63,045 nt of DNA from Octopus bimaculoides. Lineage: Eukaryota. This document shows positions 24,926 through 37,575 of this stretch, one piece after another. The translations under genes were made by a program, and so were the position numbers. The stretch's first letter is position 1, and every line of letters starts with the position of its first letter. The notes beneath the pieces are model-generated. The model had not been told where the DNA came from. It ran no database searches and was given only the letters and a program-made list of their open reading frames with translations. The DNA lies in assembly GCF_001194135.2 (NCBI RefSeq), contig NC_068984.1, positions 17,362,854-17,425,898 of the forward strand, given 5' to 3'.

Positions 24926-25145
24926 CCCTTTTGTTACCACATTTCTGTTGAAATACAATACTTTTATCCCAATTCATTTTGAAAATAATGAAAAATTTAG
25001 TAAAAAACTTTGTCATAATAAACATGGTATTTGGAACATAAATTAACAGGAAATTGTGATGGAAGGTTTTAATTTAGATCCTTTAGAAAATGATGCTTGT
25101 ATCATAGAACCAAGGGCTGTCTCAGGTGGGTTGGTATCAAGAGAA
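24926..25145. mobile_element. Probable piggyBac-like MITE (TTAA-flanked)
   Basis: TTAA|CCCTTTTGTTACCA ... TGGTATCAAGAGAA|TTAA with degenerate TIRs. Confidence 0.45.
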
Positions 25146-25675
25146 TTAAATATAGCTGCTTTTACAGCAATTTAAAATTAATTTTCTGCATATAAGATTT
25201 ACATTTATAAATGATTATTTAAATTAATTAAAGCAGTAATCAATATTTAATAAAATTAATATTTTAAATCTCAGAAATTACCACCCATATTAACATTTAC
25301 AATCTTTAACATAGCAAAGTGACTACCAATAAACTTCACCTAAGAAAATCTGGTATGAATTTACTGCCCTTTAAGAACAAAAAAATAACACTAATTTAGT
25401 TGATTATTCGGTGAACCATAGAACATTCAATCATGGATCACTAAAGGTCTAAGAGCCATTAGCTAAGAGCCATTGTTTTAGACAGATTTCAAGAAAACAA
25501 AATGGTTCCACAAGGAATCAGTTGGAATGTCTATGAATCAACTACTACATTGTTGCTCAACCTGCTATAAATAGCTGCTGGCTCCCTCAAATCACACTCT
25601 CTCACTGTTGTCGTCATTGTCATCATTGTTATCACCACTGTGATCGTCACTGTCATCATTGTCATCGCCGTCACC

Positions 25676-25716
<41 letters not shown>

Positions 25717-26441
25717 AACAACGACGACCACCACCACCACCACCACCACCGTCAACTTTGCCTTTCATCTTTTCAGGGTTGATAAATTAAGTACTAGTTG
25801 TATACTGAGGCTGATCTAATCGACTGGCCCCCCTCCCCCCAAATTTCGGGCCTTGTACCTAGAGTAGAAAAGAATATAAAAGTACTAGTTATGTACTGGG
25901 GTTGATTCTATAGACTACACATCTGTTGTACAAAATTGTCTGTGTGTTTCAATGTGGTAAATCCTTGTTTATTAATGGCTTATTTATTCCAATAAATATG
26001 AAGAAAATGTCATTTGGCTTGAACATTGTTCTTTGATTTGAATTTTAGTCGATGTGACATATTGTTGCAGATTATAGTTTCAGCCTATGAGAGATAATCT
26101 ATCATCAAACATCAAAGATGTTCCTTGGGGATAATATTCTGATATATAAATACAGGAGTAAATAGATTAGATATTGAAATATTGATTTATTTTGATTAAG
26201 CAGACACAGAGCCAAACTTTATAAAAGAGCGGGTATGATCAGCTAAATTGTTGTCAGTATTATTGATATTGGTACGTATTTTATTGACCACAGAGGGATG
26301 AAAGGTGAAGTTAACTCTTGTGGGACTTGAACTCAGAACCAAAAGAGACAGAATTGATTACTGTAAGACATTTTGAGTTGTACTACTCCATTATATCTAT
26401 TAATTCATCCGTTTATTTGAATAGCAATCAAATAAATGATA

Positions 26442-26533
26442 GTGGTTTATCAGAATTGAGGTGACGTGGTTTATCAGAATTGAGGTGGAAGTGGTTTATC
26501 AGAATTGAGGTGTAGGTGGTTTATCAGAATTGA
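26442..26533. repeat. 24-25 bp minisatellite, 3.7 copies
   Basis: GTGGTTTATCAGAATTGAGGTG core followed by AC / GAA / TAG. Confidence 0.9.
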
Positions 26534-26577
26534 TAGAGAGTTAGAGAATAAATGAACAAACTTGAAGTATTTAGTTA

Positions 26578-26650
26578 TACAATAATCCTTCGACAATCAC
26601 AGGTGTTACGTTCCAAAAGCCCCCACGATAGGTGAAAATCCATGAGGTAG
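26578..26650 (+). mobile_element. pogo/Tigger-like DNA transposon terminus
   Basis: TA|CAATAATCCTTCGACAATCACAGGTGTTACGTTCC resembles Tigger-type CAGTAATCCCTCG termini; the other end is not seen. Confidence 0.4.
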
Positions 26651-26664
26651 AAACAATACTGTAC

Positions 26665-27090
26665 TCTTAACTCTCTTTTACTCTTTTACTTGTTTCAGTC
26701 ATTTGACTGCGGCCATGCTGGAGCACCACCTTTAGTCGAGTAAATCGACCCCAGGACTTATTTTTTGTAAGCCTAGCACTTATTCTATCAGTCTCTTTTG
26801 CCAAACCGCGAATTTATGGGGACGTAAACACACCAGCATCGGTTGTCAAGTGGTGGTGGTGGTGGTGGGGGGCAAACACAGACACGCAAACACATACTCA
26901 CACATACATATATATAAACATAAATACGACGGGCTTCTTTCAGTTTCCGTCTACCAAATCCACTCACAAGGCTTTGGTCAGCCCGAGGCTATAGTAGAAG
27001 ACACTTGCCCAAGGTGCCACGCAGTGGGACTGAACCCAGAACCATGTGGTTGGTTCTGGGTTCAGTCCCACGGCATGGCACCTTGGGTAA
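26665..27090 (-). mobile_element. SINE family A (head partly duplicated)
   Basis: Reverse complement of 23470-23840. Confidence 0.8.
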
Positions 27091-27524
27091 GTGTCTTCTA
27101 CTGTATATTTTTTTCTATTATATATATAATTTGTATATATTTATGTATATATAGTATGTGCGATTCTTTGTTTACTCATCTATGGTACACTACGTATTTT
27201 CTTTTGATATATTTTAATTAATGTGTTATACAGAGCAGTAGTGTACTGTATTTTAATTTATTAATTTATTAATTTTTAGACATGGAAATGCTTATTTTAC
27301 CACAGAAATAATTAAAGTCTTAAAAAATATAAACCCATCGGCTGAAGAAACCTGCAATATATAAATTTACTTATATTAGCCAGAAAAATCTGCGATGTAC
27401 TGAAGGCGTGATAGGTTAACTGCAGTATGGTGAGTGATTACTGTATTCCTTTAAATTTCAAGTTCAAATCTCACTATGGTCAACTTTTGCTAGTCATCAT
27501 TCTGGGTCCAGTTTGGAATTATGG

Positions 27525-27685
27525 ATGCAAGCACGGCTATGTGGTTAAAAAGCTTGCTTCCCAACTATGTCGTCTTGGGTTCAGTCCAACTGCACAGCAC
27601 CTTGAGCAAGTGTTTTCTACCATAGCTCTGAGCTGAACAAAGCTTTGTGAGTAGATTTGGTAGATGGAAACTGAAAGAAGCCTGT

Positions 27686-27730
<45 letters not shown>

Positions 27731-27779
27731 GTATGTATGTATATGTATGTATGTATATGTATGTATGTATATGTATGTA

Positions 27780-27830
<51 letters not shown>

Positions 27831-28056
27831 GTGTGTCATTGTACTGATGTCTGTGATGATTGTAATTGAATATCAGCATCATACAAGTGATATCGTTAAT
27901 TTCCAGTCTTCCATGGAAAAACATGTCTGGCCATGAGAAATATTACATTACCTGGACACAGATGAGGGTTGGCAACAAGAAGAGCATCCAGGCACAGAAA
28001 ATCTACTTCAACAAATTCTGTCTGACCCATACAAGTATGGAATGGTGGACATTATA
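27525..28056 (+). mobile_element. Composite SINE: family A head, expanded microsatellite hinge, module D, (GAT)n tail
   Basis: Head matches family A; 27840-28056 matches 13655-13900. Confidence 0.75.
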
Positions 28057-28688
28057 TGATGATGATGATGATGATGATGATGATGCTGATGATGATGATG
28101 CTGACGACGATGATGATACTTAATCCATCATCTCGTTTATAACGATCCTCCCAATCCAGGGATGGCTTTTGCTGATTTGACCTTGTCAATGCTGGTACCA
28201 TATAAAAAGCATGCAATCCACTCTGTAATATGGTTGGCGTTAAGAAGGGCATCCAGCCATAGGAACCATGCTGAAACAGACAAAATGAAACCCAAGCACC
28301 TCTCCAACTGACCAGCTCCTGTTGAACCAGCCAACACATGCTAGCATGGAAACTGGACAGTAAATGATGATGATGATGACGATGGCGATGACGATGATGA
28401 TTACAAGCATTCAAACTATGTTTCTGGTTTGAGAATAACCCCTTACCTTCCTCCTGCCAGTCTTGAGTATCCTGAATAGTTATGTGTGCTGCTTTCTCTT
28501 AACTAAGAAGCAACAACGGCCCCCCCCCCAAAAAAAAATGACCCCTGTTCTATTCAAGTGCTGGAGTCAATTTAATTAACTTTTCCTCAAATTCCAAATT
28601 TTGAGGCCTTGTGCATATGCAAGATATGAGCTTGACTTTGATGTCACTTGCAACAAATACGACCCAGTAGTTTGTACCGTGCTTTTTC

Positions 28689-28746
<58 letters not shown>

Positions 28747-28897
28747 GTTATTTGTATCATTAGTACATGAGTTTTGTTTTGTTTTTATTTTGAGAGGCTT
28801 TGGTTATAAAACATGCACAAACTCTCCCACACATATGTTGTTGTCATACTCAAAACCCAAATCATTATTCACTAGTTTGATATCAAAGTTATTTTAG

Positions 28898-28938
28898 CAA
28901 GATACTGTTCTGTCCATGAATTTGACTTTTAATGAAAG
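28898..28938 (+). CDS. Weak candidate exon (QDTVLSMNLTFNE+AG)
   Basis: Acceptor gttattttag|, strong donor AAG|gtaaga, 41 bp, phase 0 to 2. Confidence 0.3.
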
Positions 28939-29429
28939 GTAAGAAATTCTTCATATTTTACATAATTGCCAGACATCTTTTTTTCCACTAGAGATTAAAT
29001 TTATCAGAAAATTCACTGAATAGTCTTTGTCCTCCTTAAGTCTAATTTTTAAAATGAAAAATAATTCTTAATTATTTGATTCTCTTTTAAAGAATTTTTA
29101 TTTTATATTATATGATCTAAAATTTAGTGTATTTAATTCAAATTTAAATATTTTTTTCAAGTTTGAATTTATAAGTGCTTCTTTCATTTTTACTCATTTC
29201 CTCTTTAATTATTAATAATTGTTAATAATTCAAAAATATTATCATGAAATACTGATGTTTTTAAACTGAAGAAATTATTGAAAAAAAATTATGGCTGTTA
29301 CTTTTGTGAAACTTTGGCTCAGAATTATTGCAAATCAGAGTGCCAATCTAGAATGTTTCAAAGCCCAGTTCCTAGCACCAGGACCTGGCAATGGGCTGCT
29401 CAAAGCTCAAATAAGTGCTATTTTTTTAA

Positions 29430-29775
29430 TCTTTTACCTGTTTCAGTCATTAGTCTGTGGCCATACTGGGGCACCACCCCAGTATTTTTTTTTAGGTCTG
29501 GTACTTATTCTATCGGTCTTCTTTGTCGAACTGCTAAGTTACAGGGATGCAAACACACCAACACAGTTTGTCAAGCAGTGATGGGGGACAAACACTGACA
29601 CAAAGACACACATACATATATAGTGAGCTTCTTTCAGTTTCCATCTACCACGTCCACTCACAAAGCTTTGGTTGAACCTGATGCTATAGTAGAAGACACT
29701 TACTCAAGGTGTCACACTGTGGAAATGCACCTGGTACCATGTGGTTGGGAAGCTAGTTTCTTACCACACATCCAT
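29430..29775 (-). mobile_element. SINE family A, diverged
   Basis: Reverse complement of the family A body. Confidence 0.75.
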
Positions 29776-30427
29776 ATTTGTGCCTATTAAATATCATGAA
29801 AACTTTTGAATATCTAAATTCCATAGAAATACAATTAACACAATTTAGTTTATCATTTACAGTGAATGAGAGAGCAATCCTGAACTATTTATTTCTTTAT
29901 TGCTCACAGAGTGCTAAACATAGAGGGAACAAGGACATACAAAGGAATTAAGTCGATTACATTGACCCCAGTGCATAACTGGTAATTATTCAATCAACTC
30001 CGAAGAAAAAAAAGACAAAGTTGATCTCAGCAGAATTCGAACTCAGAACATAATTGCAGATGAAATACTGCTAAGCATTTTGCCCGGCATGCTAATGATT
30101 CTGCCATCTCATCGCCTTATGGAAGATTATAATATTATAGTGGACATTATATATTGCTATGAAGAGTGAACAACTATGTTAAGTCTAAATTTGTCCTTAG
30201 CTAAACTGCATACACAAGTTTTTGTAGCATATGAAAAAGTTTATGTAAGATATGAAACAAATACTGAAATCTTAATAAATTTTGATGTAATTATATCCAT
30301 TACTTCCAAAAATATCTGATTCAGTGGAAACAAAAAGCTAAAACAAATGCTCTCTGAAGAAGAGTAATCAATCTGAATTCACTGAATATTATTTCTACAA
30401 TAGAGACACCAGTTACATAATGTTAAA

Positions 30428-30590
30428 AGGTGCAGGAGTGGCTGTGTGGTTAGTAGCTTGCTTACCAACCACACAGTTCCAGGTTCAGTCACACTGCATG
30501 GCACCTTGGACAAGTGTCTTCTACTATAGCCTTGGACCAACCAAAGCCTTGTGAGTGGATTTGGTAGACGGAAACTGAATGAAGCCTGTC

Positions 30591-30628
<38 letters not shown>

Positions 30629-30840
30629 GTGTGTGTGTGTTTGTGTATCTGTGTTTGTTCCTCCAGCATCGCTTGATGTTCCCCCAACATCGCATGTTCA
30701 CATTCCTGTAACTTAGTGGTTTGGCAAGAAAGATTGATAGAATAAGTACTAGGCTTACAAAGAATAAGTCCTGGGGTCAACTTGCTCAACTGAAGGCAGC
30801 ACTCCAGCATGGCCACAGTCAAATGACTGAAACAAATAAA
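30428..30840 (+). mobile_element. SINE family A, full length
   Basis: Complete head, hinge and right module. Confidence 0.85.
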
Positions 30841-31128
30841 AGTGTGGATGGCAAAACATTTGGGGTAGCAATTAAGTTTTGTAGGAATAGTTTTGAGGAA
30901 GCGCAATGGCCCAGTGGTTAGGGCAGCAGACTCGCGGCCAGAGGATCGAGGTTTTGATTCCCAGACTGGGCGTTGTGTGTGTTTATTGCGCAAAAACATC
31001 TAAAGCTCCACGAAGCTCCGGCAGCGGGGTGGTGGCAACTCCTGTTGTGCTCTTTTGCCCCAACCTTCTCTCACTCTTTCTTCTTGTTTCTTGAGTAATG
31101 CTGCAATGGACTGGCATCCCATGCAGCT

Positions 31129-31166
<38 letters not shown>

Positions 31167-31521
31167 TCGCCATAGAAACTGGGAAACTAGGCCCATGAGC
31201 CTGGCTAGGCTTTAAAAGGGCACATAAATAAAAAATAAATAAAGGAATAGTTTTAAAAATATTTCCTTTAGAGATATCATTCTATTATTCCATCATTCCA
31301 TCATTCTATCAATTCATTAATCCTTGAATTGGAAGCTTGAATAAACACATCCAGCACTTGTTTCAGTTTCTTTCACCCAACATAATCAAGCTTTGTCCTG
31401 CTGTGGTTAAGGTAATTTTCTTTGTCTTTAAGAAGGACATTTAAGTGGATAACTAAAGTGAAAACTCAAGGAAAGTAATCTTATGAAATTTCTAGATTTC
31501 AAAAGATTTTGAATTATTTTA

Positions 31522-31840
31522 CCTGCCTGACTGGCTCCCATGCCAGTGGCACGTAAAAAGCACCGTTCAAACATGGTCGATGCCAGTACTGCCTGAATAG
31601 CCCACGTGCTGGTGGCACATAAAAACGCACTCACTACACTCTTGGAGTAGTTGGTGTTAGGAAGGGCATCCAGCTGTAGAAACCTTGCCAGATCAGATTG
31701 GAGCCTGGTGCAGCCGCCTAGCTTGCCAGTCCTCAGTTGAACCGTCCAACCCATGCCAGCATGGAAAATGGACGTTAAACGATGATGATGATGATGATGA
31801 TGATGAGGAGGATGATGATGATGAGGATGATGATGATGTC
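31522..31840 (+). mobile_element. RTE-type 3'UTR copy with (GAT)n tail
   Basis: GGAAGGGCATCCAGCTGTAGAAA...CCATGCCAGCATGGAAAATGGACGTTAAAC(GAT)n. Confidence 0.85.
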
Positions 31841-31859
31841 AATCTTGTTGACGTTTACA

Positions 31860-33520
31860 GCCAAAAAAGCCAACTAAGAACCAATGGAAACATTGATAGT
31901 AAACAAACCATGAGAGCTCTTTCTAACAATTTTTAATCTCTTAATGACACTTTTGATGCAGATTATCGTAATGATCAACATGGAAGTACATATGGAACAA
32001 GAGACAAAGCAGAAATATGAATTAGGAAACAATTTCAGTGATTTCATAGAACATAACAACCTTGCAAACTGGCACATAACAGTGGATATTTATTCTATGC
32101 AGAATGGTTCAATGCAAGACATTGTTTCTTTTTTAAAAATAAAATTAAAACAAAGCAAAACATATGATACATATACTGAATTTAGTAGGGTTTACAAGGA
32201 GCAAAATAAATGTTTCTCAAGCAAATACCGTAAATCCTCGAGTATAGTCCGCTCTTGAGTATAATACGCAGGGGATTTTTAGGGGGTTGTACCTCTGATA
32301 AACCTAAACCTTGTGTATAATACACACCCCTTCTCTAACTTGAGTTAAGGAGGTCTATATAACGTCCTTGGTTTGTAAACGTATATATGGTAACGTTCTT
32401 TATTATTATTGTATATATAACATAATGCAAACGTGTAGCTTTTTTGTGCACTTTGTTTGCAGAAAATAAAGAAATAACAGTAATAACGTCAGTGAAAAAT
32501 AAATATTCAGTAAATTGCTTTTACATATTTATCACTTAGAAAATTTTGCTTAGAAAATATTTTTCATTTTTAACCTTGTATATAGTACGCACTAGAAAAT
32601 TTGACCTTTAAATTTTGGGTAAAAGGTGNNNNNNNNNNNNNNNNNNNNNNNNNNNNNNNNNNNNNNNNNNNNNNNNNNNNNNNNNNNNNNNNNNNNNNNN
32701 NNNNNNNNNNNNNNNNNNNNNNNNNNNNNNNNNNNNNNNNNNNNNNNNNNNNNNNNNNNNNNNNNNNNNNNNNNNNNNNNNNNNNNNNNNNNNNNNNNNN
32801 NNNNNNNNNNNNNNNNNNNNNNNNNNNNNNNNNNNNNNNNNNNNNNNNNNNNNNNNNNNNNNNNNNNNNNNNNNNNNNNNNNNNNNNNNNNNNNNNNNNN
32901 NNNNNNNNNNNNNNNNNNNNNNNNNNNNNNNNNNNNNNNNNNNNNNNNNNNNNNNNNNNNNNNNNNNNNNNNNNNNNNNNNNNNNNNNNNNNNNNNNNNN
33001 NNNNNNNNNNNNNNNNNNNNNNNNNNNNNNNNNNNNNNNNNNNNNNNNNNNNNNNNNNNNNNNNNNNNNNNAACCATATGAGCAGATTGTGAAAAGGTCT
33101 AAGTTCCTCTTAGATTTGATGCACTATTCTGAAATTGATGTGTGCAAAATTAAACTTATACCATATTACAAAAATGATATTGACCACAAAATAATAAATG
33201 TGTGTTGACAGTTCAAAGAATATTTGCACTTCAAGAAATTCCAGATCATAGAAGAAAACACACCATCCAAAATGCAATACACAGAAATTCTTTCAGAAAC
33301 ATCTAAATGAAGTATTTCTTAAAATTACTAACACTTAATCTGTATTTGACAATGCCTACCATGAGCTGTGAAGCAGAAAGGAATTTTCCAAAGTAATCTT
33401 TTATACATAACAAAAATTTCAATCTACTTTCACTAAAGATCACTTAAATTCATTATCAATATTGACAAAATGATCTCACAAGGAAACTCTCATATGACCA
33501 AAACTTTCCATGAATATGTT
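31860..33520 (+). pseudogene. Decayed hAT-family transposase, interrupted by a MITE and an N gap
   Basis: 33330-33470 reads LNLYLTMPTMSCEAERNFPK*SFIHNK-FQSTFTKDHLNSLSIL (hAT C-terminal dimerisation motif). The upstream 104-aa ORF at 31944 plausibly belongs to the same relic. Confidence 0.7.
32228..32628 (+). mobile_element. TA-flanked DNA transposon/MITE, right end lost in the gap
   Basis: TA|CCGTAAATCCTCGAGTATAGTCCGC terminus with internal GTATAATAC(G/A)CA subrepeats. Confidence 0.55.
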
Positions 33521-33679
33521 ACTGGAACCCACCTCCCCTCGAAAAATATGAGTATTTTGTATAATGAGTTTTTTCATAATATGCATTTCCTTAGGCATTT
33601 GAAATGAAAGATTATATTAGTTCTGGTCTTTGCTGTATTTTATTTCCTCACCCATGATGCAACAAGGATGTGTGTGTGT

Positions 33680-33734
<55 letters not shown>

Positions 33735-34547
33735 GTGTACTGTTCTGCAATGATAAAATCAACAAAAAATGTACTCCATCTGGTGAGAAGATACCTGACA
33801 TGTTAAAAACACTGTTTGACATGCTCTCAGCACATTAAACTAATAGTAGCACATAAATACATGTATTGTGTTCATTGAATAATAGATAATATATATGTAG
33901 AAATATGTATATGTATATACAATCTCTAATTTTCATTCACTGTAACTTGAGATCAATAAGGTATAGTAAATTTTATTCACATCATTAACTATGACATATG
34001 ATGAGATAATCTTTTCTTTTTCTTTTTATATTTCTTGAGCACCAGGATTCATAAGGCCAGTTACTGGGTTTTCATGACATAAAAGTGTCCAAAATCACAA
34101 CGTTCTCTCTGAATGGGATGACCAGTCCATTACAGGGTCCAAGGCTGGCAATTTTTAAAGGAGAGGACAAGGCAATTACATCAACCCATGTATACTTGAC
34201 AAGTATTTTATTTTACCAACCCTGAATGGATGAAAAGCGAAGTTGACCTCAACGGGATTTGAACTCAGAACGTCAAGATCCTGAAGAAATGCTGCTAAGC
34301 ATTTTGTCCAATGTGTTAATTAATGTTTCTGCTAGTTCAGCACCTTGAGAAAATGTATTACAGAAATATAAATAAAAATCTGAGATGTACTGATTAAATT
34401 TATTATTAAGTTTTTAGTTCACTGCCATGGTACAAACACATTAAAGACAATAAGAGCTGTTACCCTGATCTTGTTCGTAGGAAAGGGCTCACCATATGGC
34501 CCCATCTTCAAGAATTTCACTTAGTCACATTGTTTTCTGCTCGTTAG

Positions 34548-34604
34548 GCCTTGAGATTTTTGTGTGGAAAGCAAGATCTTTCAGACCTTGTTGAATATTT
34601 AAAT
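34548..34604 (+). CDS. Candidate internal exon (ALRFLCGKQDLSDLVEYLN)
   Basis: Acceptor cattgttttctgctcgttag|, consensus donor AAT|gtaagt, 57 bp, symmetric phase 0, non-repetitive context. Confidence 0.45.
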
Positions 34605-34837
34605 GTAAGTATTAGTGTCACAGACTACCTACAACAGTTCAAATTCTGAAAATGTAGGTTCACCACCTACATTTACATGGCTACTTCTGTTGTCTGTCTT
34701 TAAGAATATTTAAATTATCTCTTTAAGTTGTGCTCAGAAGAATTTTTAAAGAGAAGTATATCATATTAGTCCTGTAAGAATCATTAATTTTATAAATGAA
34801 TCTCTCTCTCTCTCCCCCACACACACAATCTCGCTCT

Positions 34838-34888
<51 letters not shown>

Positions 34889-35263
34889 TACATACATTTA
34901 TATACATGTATATGTATAATATATTTATATATATATATACATACATATACATAGATGTATAATACATCTATGTATATTGTATGTATAAAAAATATATGTA
35001 AATATATGCATGTATATATATGTATATATATTATATTTATACACACACATATATATACATATGTGTGTGTGTGTGTTTGTGTGTGTGTATGTTTGTGTGT
35101 GTGTGTGTGAATATCCATTAAGTAATATTTGCAAGTATTTACATTAAAAATATTTCATACAAAGCAGAATCTAAGACAACTTCTGATCCGTTAACATCGT
35201 TAATAACTTGTCTTTTCATTAAAGGTCACTCTTTGGTCTCCCTTTGTTTCTGATCTTTTATAG

Positions 35264-35331
35264 ATTTTTCAATACAATTCCACGAATCTTTGATTGTATT
35301 GAATATGAAGTGTACAACTATTTATCTTGTG
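35264..35331 (+). CDS. Weak candidate exon (FFNTIPRIFDCIEYEVYNYLSC; alternative frame open to the donor at 35368)
   Basis: Strong acceptor ctttgtttctgatcttttatag|; donors TGTG|gtatat or ATAG|gtaaac. Confidence 0.3.
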
Positions 35332-36199
35332 GTATATGTTCCTCTGATGTTTGATGTCTCCTTAATAGGTAAACTCAGACACTATGCGGTTTATTACTGT
35401 TTTTAGTTAACCACAATGGATATGTTTATACATGAAATTATATAATTATAATTATCATAATGTGGAAAATGTCAATGAGGCCTTGTGTATATAGCGTCTG
35501 AAATCCTGCAAAAAAAATAAATAAATAAATAAATAAAATAAAAATAAAAAAACGTAAAAAAAATATAAATAATAATGAATTATTATTGTTAACATCAATA
35601 ACATCTTAAATATCATTCATCATGGTTTTTGTTGTGTTTTTTTTTATATGATTGTTGTGGCTGTGGGTGTAACCAACACCACCACCACCACCACCATCAT
35701 TGCAATTGTGATGTTGATCACTATGATTAACATCATCATTATCCTCCTCCTCCTCCTCCCCCTCCTCCCCTCCTCCTCTTTGTCATCATCGTCATCATCA
35801 TCATTGTCACCATCATCATTAACCTCCTACTCCCTTTCTTTCTCCACTTCTTCCTCTTCTTCTTCCTCCTCTTCCTTCTCCTTTCCCTTCTCTGCTTCCT
35901 CTCCCTCCTCCTCTTCATTTTTTCTTCTCTTGCCTATTCTTCCACCACCACCACCACCACCACCAACATCATTGTTGTCATCATCACATTCCTCATCATT
36001 TTCCCTTTTGTAAGACATCAAATAATTCCATCTGTAGATTAGACCATTTAGTTGAAATCAGGTACAAATGGAGCAGCTGTGTTGACTATGTCATATTAAC
36101 AAGAGATTGTCTTGTAAATGTTAATAAGTGATTCTTTAACATTCTAAATAGGAATCCTACAAAGACTGATACACTACCAGTGAAGTTTATTCATTTGGT

Positions 36200-37194
36200 T
36201 TGCTTTTTATGAAGAGAAGAGGAACTTTGCACTTTGGGACGGACTCTTAGTTTTAAGACCAAGAAAAATATATCAATGTCAGTTTCGACCTCCTCTTGGC
36301 TTGCGAAAGTTATGCCCCGCAAATAATTCTGTAAAGTACTAAAAAAATGGTTGTCTGAAGGAGCAAGGTTGGGAAAATAAGGTGGATGAGGAATTTTTTC
36401 CCAACTAAGTTCTTTGATCTTCTGTGATGTAATCTTTGCAGTGTGGGGTTGCGCATTGTCCTGATGAAACATCACTCCTTTTCAATTCACTAAAGCGGGT
36501 CTCTTTTTCTTCAAAGCTTGATTCAAACGCTCTAATTGCTGACAGTAGACTTGAGCATTGATTGTTGCATTAGGTGGTAACAATTCAAAGTGAATTACTC
36601 CTTTGCAATCCCACCAGATAAAGAGAAGAACGTTTTTCCCATGAAGTTCCCATCTCGGTTGTGGTTGAGCTTTTTCCCTTTTACCAAGCCACTGTTTACG
36701 ACGTTTGACATTTCGATAGAAGATCCATTTTTTTATCATCAGTCACAAGTCTATCCAAAAAGGGTGAAATGAGTTTGCAAGAATGGAGAGAAGAGCAGAG
36801 GTCAACTCGGGAATTGTGGTTGCTTTCGGACAAGTCATGAGGTACCCATTTTCCAAGTTTAGGAACCTTTCCAAGTTATTGAAGTTGATGATGAATAGTT
36901 GTATGGTTTGAACTAAGCTTTATTGCCAATTCTTCAACTGATAATGCAAAATTTTCTTCAAGTAATTGCCTTAAGAAGCTTATCATCAAACTCAACTGGA
37001 CGTCCTGTTGGATCTTCATCTTCAAGGCTGAAATCTCCACTTATGAATATTGCAAACCATCTTCTGCAAGTTCTTTCATTCAAGTATTCTTTCCTGTAAA
37101 CTGAGTGTATGTTTTGAATTGCTTTGGCTGCAGAGTTTTCTTTTTTGTACTCATAAAGCATTATGTGCCTTAAATGCTCTTTGGATACTTCCAT
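36200..37194 (-). pseudogene. mariner DD34D transposase pseudogene
   Basis: MEVSKEHLRHIMLYEY...RRWF..GDFSLEDEDPTGRP; KNVLLFIWWDCKGVIHFELLP; FHQDNAQPH-(34)-PYFPNLAPSD. Split by stops and frameshifts. Confidence 0.9.
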
Positions 37195-37239
37195 GTTATA
37201 TCTATATGTATCGCCATGATAGATCGCTAGCCACTAAAC

Positions 37240-37575
37240 CTTTTTTATTTTCTCTCTCTGTTTATTTCTATATCCCTTTCTGTTGAAGAGCATAGGCTCG
37301 AAACGTAAAATACTTTCTCACCTTCCTGAGATTTTAAACTTATACATCTGTTTGTTGTTTACACACACGTCTTCATCTTTTGTTCTTTTGTAAATTATCA
37401 CTATATATATATAGTTGGAATTTACAGACAAACAAAAGATGAAGACAGGTGTATAAACAACAAGCAGGTGTATTAGTTTAACACTTGTGAAGGTGAGAAA
37501 GTCTTTTACATTTCGAGCCTATGCTCTTCAATGAAAAGGAACACAAGGAAATAAACAGAGAGAAAATTAAAAAAG
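37240..37575. mobile_element. Tail-to-tail inverted pair of Penelope-like terminal fragments, each with a hammerhead-like motif
   Basis: Arms 37240-37401 and 37414-37575 are reverse complements (~80% by eye) around (TA)6. Motif CTGTTGAA-GAGC-ATAG-GCTC-GAAA-CG-TA at 37280-37307. Confidence 0.6.

Noticed and set aside
26442-26533. CRISPR-like repeat array
   Set aside because: Joints are only 2-3 nt, there are no spacers or cas genes, and the context is eukaryotic.
30201-30244. Possible exon AKLHTQVFVAYEKVY (also 25317-25354 and 27281-27360)
   Set aside because: Splice signals exist, but the segments are short, not phase-linked to neighbours and at the level expected by chance.
31944-32258. 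104-aa ORF as a host-gene exon
   Set aside because: It lies in line with the decayed hAT dimerisation motif at 33.3 kb and ends inside an inserted MITE; better explained as a transposase relic.
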